Positions 45,390-58,600 of a stretch of DNA of 64,000 nt are shown piece by piece (position 1 is the first letter of the stretch; each line of letters starts with the position of its first letter). The stretch covers positions 21,080,001 to 21,144,000 of the forward strand of contig OZ365113.1 of the NCBI GenBank assembly GCA_977030845.1, written 5' to 3'. The position numbers and the translations under genes were made by a program. Source of the stretch: Fimbriosthenelais zetlandica (taxonomy: Eukaryota). The notes below the pieces were generated by a model, which saw nothing but the letters and a program-made list of their open reading frames with translations, made no database searches and had not been told where the DNA came from.

Positions 45390-48300
45390 ATGTTATTGAA
45401 TATTTAATGGATGACAAATGGCCATAGGTTTAACAGTGTGCAAATTTGACCTAAAGCCGCTACGCCACGAAAGCTCATATGATAGGATTAATTAGGTCAA
45501 TCAGAAAGGAAGCAGAGGCTTCTCTTAATTACGGTTACCATTCCAGCACCTCTATAAGAACGGCTAGAATGGGTCCAGCCAGCCCAGATTCTATACTCAC
45601 TCTGCCCCTGGTTCATCGACTGAAATAAGTTCATGAATACATGAAGATAGTGGCTGACGAAAGGCACTGTGAACCTTGTATTAACCGAGTTATTGTTGTA
45701 ATTTAACATTTTTACTGCCCTGGCTAATCTTTTCTCATTCAGTATTGTCACTCTTGTTTGGGAGAATGAGATTCATAATGGTCGTATTTGGTATTATTTT
45801 GCACTCATTTTACCCACATCTTGAATTTATTCTTATTCCTGATGCTTGGATGAGGACATTACACAATGTTTTAATTATGAGTACTTGATGAATTTTTGAT
45901 GGTCTGTCTTCAAAATTGGAAACCTGATCATTTTATTTCTGTTGTAATGCTTTATTCAATAAGTATTTGGAATCGGCATTTCCAATATCAGTTTGGATAC
46001 TTGAATACCAAAGAGCTTTTATGTTTTTTCCTTTTTCAAAAATTGGCTTCCTATTCCTATTTCTTTTGAGAGTCTCTCATCCCATTCAAGAGCAGCTTAT
46101 CAATTGTTCATAAAATATGATAACTGGTGATCCTATTGTTTCCTCTGGTAAATATTGTGAATGGCGGAGATTCAATACAGTCATATGTCCACTTATGTTG
46201 CTGACAATGACTTCTAAAAAGGTTCTGCATGCAGGGAGAACCATCCCCGATCTACCGATTGTATGGTAGTCTATAATAGTGAGTCCCAGTTGTTGGTGAT
46301 GGACAGTAGGGAGTGGTTCACTGAACTATCAGGAGCAAGTGTACCTATAATTCCCCATCCTTCCAACACAAAGGCAAACTGCAAGCCGATGGACAAGATC
46401 CAAAAGACCCATCCCAGACGCTCAAATGGTTCCAGTCCAGATCAAAGTAAAACGGCTGCCTTTGTTGTTGCATGTCTATACGGACGGATGATAATACAAG
46501 AAATAAGCAACCACCACAGCTCTCTGCCTTTGTGGATAATGGCCACCATTGTTCATCCGTCCACTCCTCCAAGGTCCATATATGCTGTAATAAAAAGACG
46601 TATAATAGCAGGCCGCTAAAACCGATAGCTACCGCCAGACACTTTTTATCTCTTTATTGATTTATTATTTACTTTTGCTTTTTTGAGGAATGCCTTCTTT
46701 GACCAGTGAGAATTCACTCTACATCTGTCAGATTTCTGTAATCGGAGCACTGTAACCTGTAATCATGGCAGGTGAGAGCGTTTGCTCTTAGCGTGGGTAT
46801 TAACAAGTTTCTGGTGGCATTTTTACCTGTAATTTGTTTTCCGAAGCTAATCAATCTTCTAGAACTCTATAGGTCACCATAAAACTATTCCAATCCTATC
46901 CTGAAAGAAAGAAAGTTTTGAACTGTCGCCAATTACAACTTAAGATTCTTCTGTGTTATCATCGGTTTCCTCTCGGAAGGACGGGGAAATGATTATGATC
47001 TCATGGTAAGGAACTAAATCAGTGATCAATGGCTGGATATGAATTCAATATGACACATTGTATTTCATGTAATTCGGGATCTTCATTCACCCAATCTCTT
47101 CCATTTCTCCTCTTTTTATCCCAGTGTAATCGAATAGGGCAAGACAAATTTAATATAGTGTCAACTTTCCTCCTAATCCAGTTTGCAATTACAGTGGCAT
47201 CTGCGTGAGCAAAGCAATGAAAATTTCTATCAGTTTTTCTTTATATATATGTCCAGCAATATCCACAACCTAACACTCTCTTTATGTAACATTTCCTCCT
47301 TCTGTAGACTGCACCTAATCTCTGATAAGGTAGATTATGATGTTGACATGAAAGATTTTTCACTGCTGCTTGATGTCATCACACCTTTATCCAAACTGAA
47401 ATTCTTGATATATTTCACTTGAAATGTTACTACATGTATGTAGACAAAATCTGCAGCTGACATGTGGAAACTGCTCCGGTGGAAGATGAACTTGATTGTG
47501 ATGTATTGTTTCTCTACTGTTGCTTAGCAAAGCTGCTCTATAGGACTTCATAGCTTTATTATTCTTTATCTTGTTACGCCTAATCTGTTTGCCACAGTCA
47601 ACATGAACAAGTTTGATGGATAAATGGAACTTCTAAAATTATTTAAAGTATTTCTGGATAAGCTGACTTAAAAATCGCTACATTTCCCGGCGGCAGAACG
47701 TTTTGTTTACTTAATTGCCCATGCACAATTTTTCCATTTCCATGTACTACTTGTGAATAAGTAGTATACGAATATGAAGGAAAGGTCCGGGGCAACAATA
47801 TTATCCTGAGAGAATGTCCCATTTTCATATGCTACTTACAAGTACTGAAACAACGAGAAAAACTTACAAAAACGTGAAAAAGTTCTATTACAATTCACAA
47901 TAATCTCCCCGCGGCAGTTTCCTAATGCAGGATAATAAACAGACTAAAATATCCAGGGGATTTATTTATTAGATTAAATTTGTTGAGGACTATTTTATAG
48001 TCTAGTATCTTATATATACAGTAACATAATACGATATTCTGTATTGTGTCGTCTACTTGTAGATATGGAAATATTTCATCTAGTATAACTATAAGAACAG
48101 CCGCATGCAGATTGCCGACTGGCATGGATGGTCGCGGGGCCTAGCAGGGAGCATTGTGAACATAGAATGTCATCTCTGTAGGATTGTGTTGGTCCCGAAC
48201 ACAGAGAAGCTTCATTTTTCATAGGATCCAGAAAAAGCTATTTGCAGCTTGAATTCCTGATGCTGGATCTTAACTCTAGTCACGTTTTATACTTACCTCG

Positions 48301-49899
48301 GCTTAGTCCATGTCTGTACAAAGGATCCAATTACAAATTAAGACCAGGGTGTTGGAAGCTTGGGGTCTACCTCCCTATCCCTGACAGAATAAAACATAGA
48401 GCTGAGGATCGATTATTAAACAATAGCTTCGAACCAACCACAGAACCTGTATGTATCTATGGGGGTTGCCTTTATTCTATAAAGTATGGGAAACAGGGCA
48501 ACAGCGATTGTGAATATGAAGAAATGATGCCGAAAGCCATAAATGCAATTTTAGAAAGGATTGTTAACGAGATAAATTATAATAGAATTTGGGAAAAGAA
48601 ATCCGGGAGAGGACAAGAGGCAATGACAAACTCAAACACCATTGGAGTGCAGTAAAGTTGCAAGATGAAAATACTGCAATGGGATATTGAATGAGGAAAG
48701 GGACGGGGCAGAGGAGGACGAAGTGGGTAGAAAGAAGAGATGATGGATAGATGGAGGTAAAGATCGATTGCAATTGTGAGAAAGTGGCTGTTGTAGCAGT
48801 GGCTGTTTGGGACATTATTTCAAAGAGAAGAAAACACATGCCATTGCAGCATTCCTCATTGCTACTGTGCTGTAGCACTTCTCTATAGCACGACTATTGG
48901 CACAGTTGGGGTAATAATAGGCCCATATCAACCAATCAGACATGAACTCAATCATCACCTTGAGATGAAGGACCATATTTGGTAGCAATCACGGCAAGAC
49001 AAATACCTGCTTACTTGATTAATGTATAGCAGCTGGGTATTTTCAATTGGTGTACCTTAATTAATAGACATTTATTAATATCCTGATTTCTAGAATATTT
49101 TCTGGATTATTTCTAGTGTTGCAAATCACCAATGACAAAAAACATAGTCGTGAACAGAAAAGTAAATAGATTTTTTTAGTACATACTCTATAGGCCTAGA
49201 ATCTGTTTACAATGGGGTCCCCAATGGCCTTGGGGAAAGTGACGTAAAGCGATAAAGCAGGTTTCACTTTCATCTTTTCACCCTCACTGTGTGAAAAGAA
49301 TTGATGGGAAGCAGACATGATTGACTATAATATGATGTGGTGATAATGCACTAAGAAACCCACAGCCCTACCTCCCCATGCTCTACCCACCCCATCTCAT
49401 TACCCCCTAAGCTTGTTTAGTGCTGAAGGCAGATTAATTGCGTCTGTGAAAGTGTGTGTGTTGGTGGTGCATGGGATAGTAAAGTGATAGAAGGGGTGGA
49501 TGGGGAGGAAGGGATAGGTATTGAAGAGGAGTCAGCCAGTACATTTTGTGATAAGCGTCATATAAACATTATATTATTATATTGGGTAATTGGCACTACT
49601 TGGACCTGATGAAAGCTAATGGGCCAATACACAATCTATTAATTAAACGGTCGGAAGGTTAATTTAAGCGTCTACCTGGCTATCTGAATTGTTGACAGAC
49701 TAGATTCATACTCCTTAACCCGTTGGCCCATCTTATGGTTGAGAACCGGCTTCTGTTCAATTATTCACACCCTATCTGTCCCGCACTCTACCGGCTTTTG
49801 AACATGGAAGTTTCCTTAGATCTACCCATACGAGAATTGTCTAAGATATAAAGTTTTCATCCATCAATCTATCCGTTCCGTTCCACTATTTTTCATATC

Positions 49900-50100
49900 T
49901 CGCTTTCCTTGACCCAGTGAAAAGATGATTGGAATTTTCTTAGATGTGTGGATAAATTAATGTCCTTTACTTTAAGATCGCCTGATATTAGAATCGATCA
50001 ATCAATTTCTTTAGAGACAGAGCATTGCTCTAACATACCAGTCAGTTATCTTGATACTTTCTTGCCAATGGGGCCAACTGGGGAGTAGATTAGATCGTGG
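49900..50100 (-). mobile_element. Decayed LINE apurinic-endonuclease fragment
   Basis: IYSPVGP (cf. IYRPP) followed by SILISGDLKVKDINLSTH (cf. IIxGDFNxxxINW). Confidence 0.45.
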
Positions 50101-50147
50101 AAAGAGCGTTGGGATAAGCGGGCTCAACTGCACTTTAAGGGCGTGCG

Positions 50148-50854
50148 ATCCAAGATGGCAGCCAAATCTCGCGATACCCCTGCTACTAACGTCAGGTTTA
50201 TGTCTTTAGGGATTAGGTTAGGGTTAGGTTTATTTGTTAGGGGTTAGGTTAGGATGAGGTTTATGCTAGTGATCCACTTAAAGAAAAGTCGGTCTGCGTC
50301 TTACGTTTGGCGGGAGACGTACGTGTGGGGAAACAGACGCACGTCTCAAAACATTCTACGTCTTTGATGGTAGGCCTGATCCACCTGCAACATTGATTTT
50401 GTGTGAGACGTAACACGCAGAGTCCCTATGCCTGTGTTTTCCTCTTTCAACACAGTCAATACCAGTTACAACGTGCCCTACGTCCAGTGATGCGTGTGAT
50501 CCACTTGCTGCGTCTTGCAAAAGAACGCGCAGTTTTTCTTGCGTCTCCCTCCCCAGACGCAAAAAATCAAACATGTTTGATTTTTCTGCGTCGCGCGTAG
50601 AACCTTTTTCAGACGCAGGAATGGGAGTGCGTCTGCGGCTGCACCTGATCCACTAGGGCTGCTGAGACGCACGCTTTTAGCGCACAACCGGGAATAAGAG
50701 GACGTAAGAGGACGTAAGGCGGTTTTGCGTCTAAGTGGATCACTAGCATTAGGGTTTGGTTACCTATAAAATGACAAATTATGCTTTTTTTCCTTTGAAA
50801 TTATTCCATTGCTAAGCGCCATGTCTCGCGAGACTTCTGGCCGCCATCTTGGAT
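50148..50854. mobile_element. Non-autonomous element with subterminal inverted repeats and an internal degenerate TTAGGG-like tract
   Basis: atccaagatggcagccaaatctcgcga (50148-50174) versus tcgcgagacttctggccgccatcttggat (50826-50854, inverted). The (GGTTA/TTAGGG)-like tract runs 50195-50262 and resumes at about 50750. Confidence 0.7.
50263..50749. mobile_element. Young CpG-rich MITE nested in the previous element
   Basis: Perfect 18-bp inverted match atgctagtgatccactta (50263-50280) / taagtggatcactagcat (50732-50749), part of which may be a palindromic target site. The interior has many GACGCA/TGCGTC words and internal TGATCCAC copies, with no long ORF. Confidence 0.85.
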
Positions 50855-53800
50855 TAGGGCAGCAGGGAACATAGATTTCTCACAAATTAGTGTTCCACTC
50901 TGTCAAATAAATATCCCATAAATATAATTATGAAAAGTAATACAAGTAATAAACGAAAGAATTTTGTAAGTTCTTATAAGGAAAGCGAGAACGTACTAAA
51001 GTATTCTGTTTAGTCATGCACCGAAGGCCAGTCTGTAGACAAGTCCTTGTTATCTGCTGTTCCATCATCCCTGGAGGTGGTGGCTGGAGCTGGGGCTGGT
51101 GGCTGGAGCCCAGACACCCTCAGTCTCTCGCGGGTAGATTCTGCCACCTTATCACTTGCCTAGACAATATATACAATGCAAAGGATCCAAAGACAAGACA
51201 AGGAAGGCAATGTTGAACCACACTCACATCACCAATCCCTTAGAGCTTCAGATTATAGATGAACGGCGCAGATCCTACGACAGCTCTTAGGGCAGGTTTC
51301 CAAGAGAGTCTTAGGTGTGTCTGAAAGGTAAATCCATTAAAGACAGAAGAATTAGCAGCCTAATTTTAAAACATATGCTTTCTCTTAGGAACATGTCTTC
51401 TTATGCCCTTGAGGTCTCAGTAGAAGCTAGATGGGTCTGGTCCATTAACTTGATCATGCAAAGGGAGTGTAGTCCCATCTATACTTCTGGCTCTGTAGAC
51501 CCCTATCAGAATACCTCTGTTACCAAAAATCTTTGTTCAGAAATGTTCATTGATTCTCATTCAGCCATAACGCTACAGAGATTTAAAAGAAACTGATCTC
51601 ACATTCTTTCTAAACAGTGTCGTACAAAACTCCTTAAACATCTCTTCTTGAAATAAGAGGAAGTACTTAGTAGTTTCTAGAGTCATGAAAACGATCCCTG
51701 AGTATCATATTAGGGCCGTAATATGTATGGTCTGAGAATTCACTTTCTCCGCCAATTTCCCTTCAATCATGATGTCATGAACCCCCAGAAACCTCGTCCC
51801 CATATCATGTCACAACACGTGACTAATCACATGATTGGATTTTTCCCTGCATGCAACACGACCCATGGAAGGGTTATCTCAATACGTGGCCCCTGGATAC
51901 AGTTTCTAGGCTTGTGGTGCTTGGGCATGGGAGGTTTTCTTTCTGAGGAATATGGAAAGTTATTGTAGGTACCTGGTTATTGTAGGTACCCAAACTTTCG
52001 AAGATCTCATACAGTTCATGTGCGTAGACATAGTGTCCTTATTTCGCTGGTTGAATTTCAATCAGTCGCTCCCCTATAGTCAAAAATTGCTCCCTGCCAG
52101 GTACATATGGCCTTCTAGGTTACCCCATACTACTGCTTGAATTTCAATCAGTGGACGCTACTGAATCCAAGCCGTGTTGCCTTTCTGTTCAGCATATGGG
52201 ATTGGTATAGCATGAGGACAGTTTTTTACGTTCAGTCAAATAATAAGGTGATTAGGGTAAATAGGTTCAGGCAAGTAATATGGGTTAGGTTCTCAACCTA
52301 AGATGATAGACCAATATTATTGAGGTCAGACTCATACTAAACTATGGCAATATTCCATGTTATCAGATGACTACAGTATTAAATGTATTGGGTAGTAATT
52401 TGTGAGATCGACCAGTTATAATTATAGTATCAGTTAATGCAATCATGGCCAATGCGGGAACATTACGAAGACTATGGTGGATATAGCCTCTGGTATAGCC
52501 AGCGGTTGGCCCATGCAGTTGATGACCCCCTATTATGGAGGGTTCTGTCAAAATGATGAGGCAGATGAGGCAGGATGATTGAAGTAAATGGAGATGAACA
52601 GTCTGTAGTCAGCATATTGACAGTGCTTCCACTCCAAGAGCAACACAAGAAAATGTTTGTCTCTCGATATTATTGTTCGTGGCTTTTAAGCATAAAATAC
52701 CATACAAAACATTTCAATGGAGGTTAATGTCGCTAAAGGTGAATTCCTCAATTTACCATGTATAAAAGGCCATCCATTATTATATCGGATTGGCCTTTAT
52801 AGGAATTTCCCATGCGTCATAAAAATGCCAAGCAAGAACATTTGTCGGGAATGATTCCATGGCCCGTTTACAAAGCACATAGGTATGGCAGAAGGGTCAA
52901 GGTATTGATTCATTCCTGACAAAAGCTGAAGTTGCTGCGCCTTTTCTCTGGTGGCAGACAACATCCTGTCATTCTGTACATTATAGGCTGGTGGGGCCCA
53001 GCAGGAGAGGACGTCTGAGTGATTGGATCATGCTGAGTGAATGCATTCAATCAGAGCGGGTGGGCAGCTGATCTATGGTAGCAGACCTGTTCCCTATCTA
53101 ATCCCAAATTCAATGGCAGGGAGAGGGAAACCTCCTATCTCCAGTAATGATATACGAGTTATTTGGAGAGGGAATTATTCCCATTCTACAGTCTGATGTT
53201 TTGATCTCGGCATTTGATTTTTTTAAGGGGTATTATATCTGAAAGTTTAGGTAAAACACGATTTTCCTTTTGGCACCTGAGGAATATAATGTCAATTATA
53301 AAGGACAGAAAAGCGTGATGCAGTCCCTCAATAAGTGTTTTATCATTTTAAAAATTAAATACGAGCACCTATGAGCATCTCCTTCCATCCAGCTGAATTA
53401 ATGTTCTCATCTAAATGTTTATGAGAAGTCTTTTGAATAAATGAGACGGCAAGCATTCGTTTATTAGAAACTGCTTTAAAATCTTCTGTGTCCCTCTCAC
53501 TTCCCGTCATTGGAGGTGGAATATTTGCTTTTCCTTCCCGGTATTGAATATTATAAGAACAATGATCGGCAATATTTTCACGGGTACCAGACAGGTAATA
53601 AAATGAAGAAACGTGAACGAACGTCCATCCAAAGACTTGTTAAATCGAGATTAAAATTTTCCTTTTTCGGTACAACAGCCGACGTCATTCACCCAAACAA
53701 CACAAGTCATCAAACTTCTGTCTGCTCCGCACTAACAAAGAAATCCTAGTTTTTTTCTTGTTTTCTGATGGATTTTACTGACTGTGAAACCGGCAGTTGG

Positions 53801-53906
53801 AATCCCCTTTAATTTGGTCTTATTTTAGTGTTGCCTTTCTAATGTAAAAGTACAGTTACTGTAGTAAAAGCATGTTTAATCCGAGACATTTCGCTTTCTC
53901 TTCCAG

Positions 53907-53965
53907 GTTCAAAGCGGAGTGGCGATTCTTCTCGCTCATTCCGGTGACTGTCTCCACAGAGTAAG
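53907..53965 (+). other. Candidate isolated exon (probably 5'UTR) of an unidentified plus-strand gene
   Basis: Strong acceptor tttctcttcCAG|G (53906) and tandem donors |GTAAGG (53961) and |GTAAGA (53966). It is CpG-rich and has no ATG. Confidence 0.45.
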
Positions 53966-55199
53966 GTAAGAAAAACTTTATGATAATCATACTTTTAACC
54001 TGATTCTGAATGTTGAAGAAATCATTGTTTTGTAAATAGGAATAGTGAATAAGAATCTATACATATTATTTTCATGCTCGACTTCTTGCTATATCAGCAT
54101 TCCTCATCTGTATCATTCATATGTGATTCCAAAATATTGGGAGTGCAAGAATATTGACATATCCTTATCCTGTGCATCAGAGCTAAAACAATCACGGAGA
54201 TGTTGCTTGGGTCAAATTGGGTCATCATATTTCTATACTTATAGAAATATAAACTTAAAAGGAGACTGTTTAAGCAATGTCAAATACATTCTTTTCCCTT
54301 CTCATTGTAGCTTGTAGATAATCGTCCGAATAAGGTATCTATAATATCCTTGCCTAGATTCAAAATATGCTTAAAATTCCGTTTCTAAGAATTTCCTTTC
54401 GATTCTGTGTCACCAACATCCACACATTTCTAGATTTCCTTTCTATATACATTGCTATTTAGACCATTCACTGTATTAGTGAAATAGGTTGTCATTACTA
54501 GATCACGTGGCGTTAATTGTTGGCGTAACTTCATGAAGCAACTAGGGATTGTAAAAAATAACTAGATACTTTCAATGAAGACACATGAAAACATTATTCA
54601 TTAATAATTGTATTTCAAGTTATTGTTCACTATTTTGCCAAAGAAATGTCCAGGGGCTTTGATGATGTTTTGATGTGGTGCACAATTAGCTTGCCAAACT
54701 GTATCCAGTTTTGTCTATAGTGGATACCAGAACACAATCATGTTAGCAATATGGCTTTTAAGCAGTACGCATGAAATTCCAAGAAACATAATTATCACTG
54801 TGATCACTTGAAAAAAACCAGTCTAATATTCACGCTAGACTCGTTTTCCATTATGCTCATGCAACAAGTTTGACAAGGGCTTTAAATTCATATTATACTT
54901 CCGGTTCTCCAGTCTTCCTGGGTCTTTTCCATCAGACCCGTTTCTTGTTGAGCCTGTTGGCTTTTTCTGTCTTTGATTCACTTTTGAATTTTATCGTTTT
55001 TGACACTTTAATCTTCTATTTTATTATCCTTATTCATTCTTGATCCTCTTCCATCATATTTCTATTTCATGTTGCATTTGGAATTCTAATTATTATTTCC
55101 ACATATAATTCTCACTTTCACATAATTATATCGCTCTGGTTACCTTTGAATTACAAACTAACACAACACTTCAACATTTATTTCCAACTGTACTTAGAA

Positions 55200-56820
55200 A
55201 GCCATTAAAGGCATCCATCTGAGTCCAAATCCTCTAGAGATAGATGAATGAGAGGTCAGAAATGCCCCATGGTTTAGGATCCAGCCAGAAATACCTATAT
55301 CGATTATTAGATGGCTATGCTCTGGGCCCTGTCATGTCCCTGTAGACTATATCTATATAGAGTAAGGGTCACTCCCTGCTTCTAATAGTGGACAGCAGTA
55401 GGGTAGTAACTATGGCTAGCAGCAGGAGCTTGATCAATGGGCAATGCACCTCTAGGGAAGCCCTGCTGACCACTCCACTGGAGAGGTATCAGTGTAACTG
55501 CTTTAAAGGGATAAGCCGGAACTTCAACATACTCAAGAGATAGGGGAGCTCCTTGAAAGCTGGTATGAGAAAGAGGAACTTTTAACATGATAAAATTTCA
55601 GTTGAATGCTTAATACGCAAAAGTAAATTCTACCCCGTTATATTTTGTAAACAACTGGACAGAAATTCCCAAAGATGCAGAATTTAAGCGTCTTCAGTTG
55701 CTCTTCTAGACTTAAGACATCCATGTTGACCTCAGCTTATAACCATAGATGATACCTTGCTCCATATCTCTTGCCAAAGCCCTTGCCAACATGACTAAGT
55801 TGATCCTCTATGCTTTTGGGGCAGGATTCCCAAGACTGTTGAATGTGTGGAACCTTCAAATGGTGAACTATACCACATGGGGAAAGCAGGAGCTGGGGAA
55901 ATCCTCCTGGGGTGGCGAGGGCTTTATACACAGAACCTGGGGTTGGCACCCATGTGCTCTATCTGCCAGAGCTAACCCTAGTCTACTCAACCAGAGTATC
56001 AGCCCATGTCATCAGACCAGGCCACGGACAAACCTTGTCATTCTGTGAATGATTAGCTTGGCCAGAGCTCCTTATCAGTCTTGTCTCCAGTCTTAATCTG
56101 CCTACCAGTCACTGGCCAGGCTGGTATTACCGTGCCCTAGGGGAGCGGAGTTATCGATGTTTATGTGCACGGCCTTGAAGTAAGTGCCGGACTATGTAGA
56201 GTAGCTCGCAGGTTATGTAAGGTCTGCTACAGCCTGATATAGGGTCGGTGTTTCAATGGCCAGACAAGGCAGAGGTATTTCCTCAGTCCATCCATAAGTC
56301 ACGCTATAAGTCCTGTCCTCACTTAGACCTAGACATAGCTGACTCTAGCTCTCTTACCTTACCTAACTTCCCCTGCAGTCATCAATATTACCTGCCCTTG
56401 AACATATATACAGTCCCCCTTGCATTGGACAATTTATTGTTTTAAATTAAAAAAAACTTTGGTTTATTGTTCTATGGAACACTATACTCTGCTCAGACCT
56501 AAATTCCTGGAAAGGCTGCATTTATGTCTGCATATATTGGAAGTAAGCATTCCATACGCGTCATCAAAAAACCAGTGCAGCTTACATAGTGAATCCACGG
56601 GAGGTTTGATGAGTATGCACTGAGTAGCAAGTGTTAAGCACTGTAGTTGCACCAATAAGGAGGTGGTGACTATGTCTCTGAGGTGAATGTACAGACTGTG
56701 CCTGGAATGCATTGAGGATGGTGGCTGGGGGATGATGCCACACGACCCTGGAAGACGCCCGGAGATTAGCCCTCTCACACAGTCCCAGGCTGCTACACAT
56801 TAGTCAGTACTGGACGCAGA
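55200..56820 (+). mobile_element. Decayed retroelement-like sequence, possibly Gypsy gag, with TpA excess
   Basis: Stop-interrupted frames GQQ*GSNYG*QQELDQW...EIGELLESWYEKEELL (55380-55590), AL*LHQ*GGGDYVSEV (cf. gag LxxLxQGxxSVxxY) and TTLEDARRLA (cf. PxTLxEAxxLA) near 56640-56780. Confidence 0.3.
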
Positions 56821-58269
56821 TCATCCCGGCTCACTGAAGCTTGTACATCTATTTTTTTTTTTATTCTGGGGATTACTGAAGCTAGAGCTTCATGGCAGAA
56901 GAGTCCTCGATCTGTAAGGCAGGCCCTCATAATATATTGTATTGATCAGGGACAGGCAGATCTGGACTTCCCCCATAATGGAGGCCATAAAGCCTCCACT
57001 TAGAGACATTGTTATGCTATTGTCACCGTATTGTGACATGGTATATCATCATCAATGCCTGCAGCAAACTACAAGACATGGTTCTCAGGTTAGAGATCCA
57101 TGCCATGTATAACAGGTGTGACGATGGGAATGATCCGATTACTGCAAATGTTTTAAATAATTATGTATTAAAAGCAGACCTAGATGACTCTTCACTGACA
57201 ACAATATGTTTGTCATAGATCTATGATCAGACATTCTCCTTTTCAGTTACACATGAATTTATAATAAGCGATGTTCAGACCAATCTGTCCCCTGAGTGTC
57301 ATATATGTGCCATAATATATGTCCATATACCGGTCGCCTTGAACATAGCCTTAGCAGCTGGCATGGCGTTAAATCACCATTCATTTATTCCATATACGGG
57401 AATACCGTGGCAATAACTTTGCATAAATTTGCAATGTATGTTAAACTAGCATCAAATCCCTGCATTCCCTGTCTAACATTGCTTCGATCTTCTATGTCTA
57501 GAGAGTTTGCTAATCCATTGGAGTAATTGATTTCATTTTCTAGCTTTGATCTAAGAGTTGCAATGAGGAACGTGTGGTAGGAGGCAATTTAACCCTAATT
57601 TAATCGTCTCTGTAAGGAATATCGTTTCAATAGTTGGAGGGACTCGACCATGAACGTTTAATGAAAAAACATAATATATACCTTAAGATCTAATTCAACC
57701 CAGGAGGTGAAATTTGGTTATCATAATGAGCCTATTGATTAGATTTCCTCCTGTAACTGGTCTGAAGGAGGTCCTGTAATTGCTTCATGTAACATTGTGC
57801 CTCAGGAGCTATAACGCGGCACTTATCCATCATTAGAGCGCACTCTTTTACTGTGAGATGGAGCCATTAAAGGGGCTAATATGGCAGTCCACGGGCTCAG
57901 AGTGATTTATTAAAGTCCTTGAGCGAAAAGAGATTCTTATATAGTATTAGCTGCTGCATGATAGATTAATAACAATATACAGTGTCAACGCAGTATAATG
58001 ATACTGAATTACATTAACATTGGACATAGATATACATGATTTCTTACGGACTGCACCAAACCAATAGGAAACAATGCCCAACCCTGCGTCCAATTACTAT
58101 ATTGGATGCGAATTGACAAGAAATGGCTGGGGAGAAACCATCATGGCAGTCTTATCACAAAATAACAGGAACAATTTAAAAGAGTATATTGCGGTTAACT
58201 TTAATCATGGGTTACCCTCCCCCCTAAACTTTTTCCACATGCCTGAAACTGGCATCTCTTGATTGAACG

Positions 58270-58600
58270 TGTGTGAAACGGTGGCTATTTAAGTGTTAAA
58301 ATCCAGCATAATACTACAATATCCATTGTTCGGTGAAGAACCATCTATTCTGCCCGGAAAAATCAATAGAGGTATTTGAGTCCCAAGTATCTGGCTTTAA
58401 GAGTGCAGTCTTCTGTCAGACAATCCAACCAGCATGTGCTATATAATATTCGTATCAGATCTATCTCCATCTTGATAGATACCATCTTCCCTGTGACTTA
58501 TTCCTCACTTAGCCGTCCTATCATCCCCCTATTTCCTTTTAGCTTTTATGCCATTCCCACGGTCAACTAATCACTATGTTTGCCCAGATCAAGTGATATT
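58270..58600 (-). mobile_element. Decayed LINE endonuclease fragment
   Basis: DRTAK*G (cf. DRxxxxGGG) and SIMLDFN (cf. IIMGDFN) occur in the expected order. Confidence 0.35.

Noticed and set aside
46345-46572. Tc1 transposase (EEWTDEQW) or RNase H (VYTDG) fragments
   Set aside because: Isolated short words on opposite strands without neighbouring motifs.
49365-49515. C-rich then G-rich imperfect inverted repeat
   Set aside because: Low-complexity pairing with no defined termini or TSD.
50195-50262. TTAGGG-like run as a telomere or interstitial telomeric site
   Set aside because: It is short, degenerate and enclosed by an element's inverted repeats, so it is better explained as an internal microsatellite of that element.
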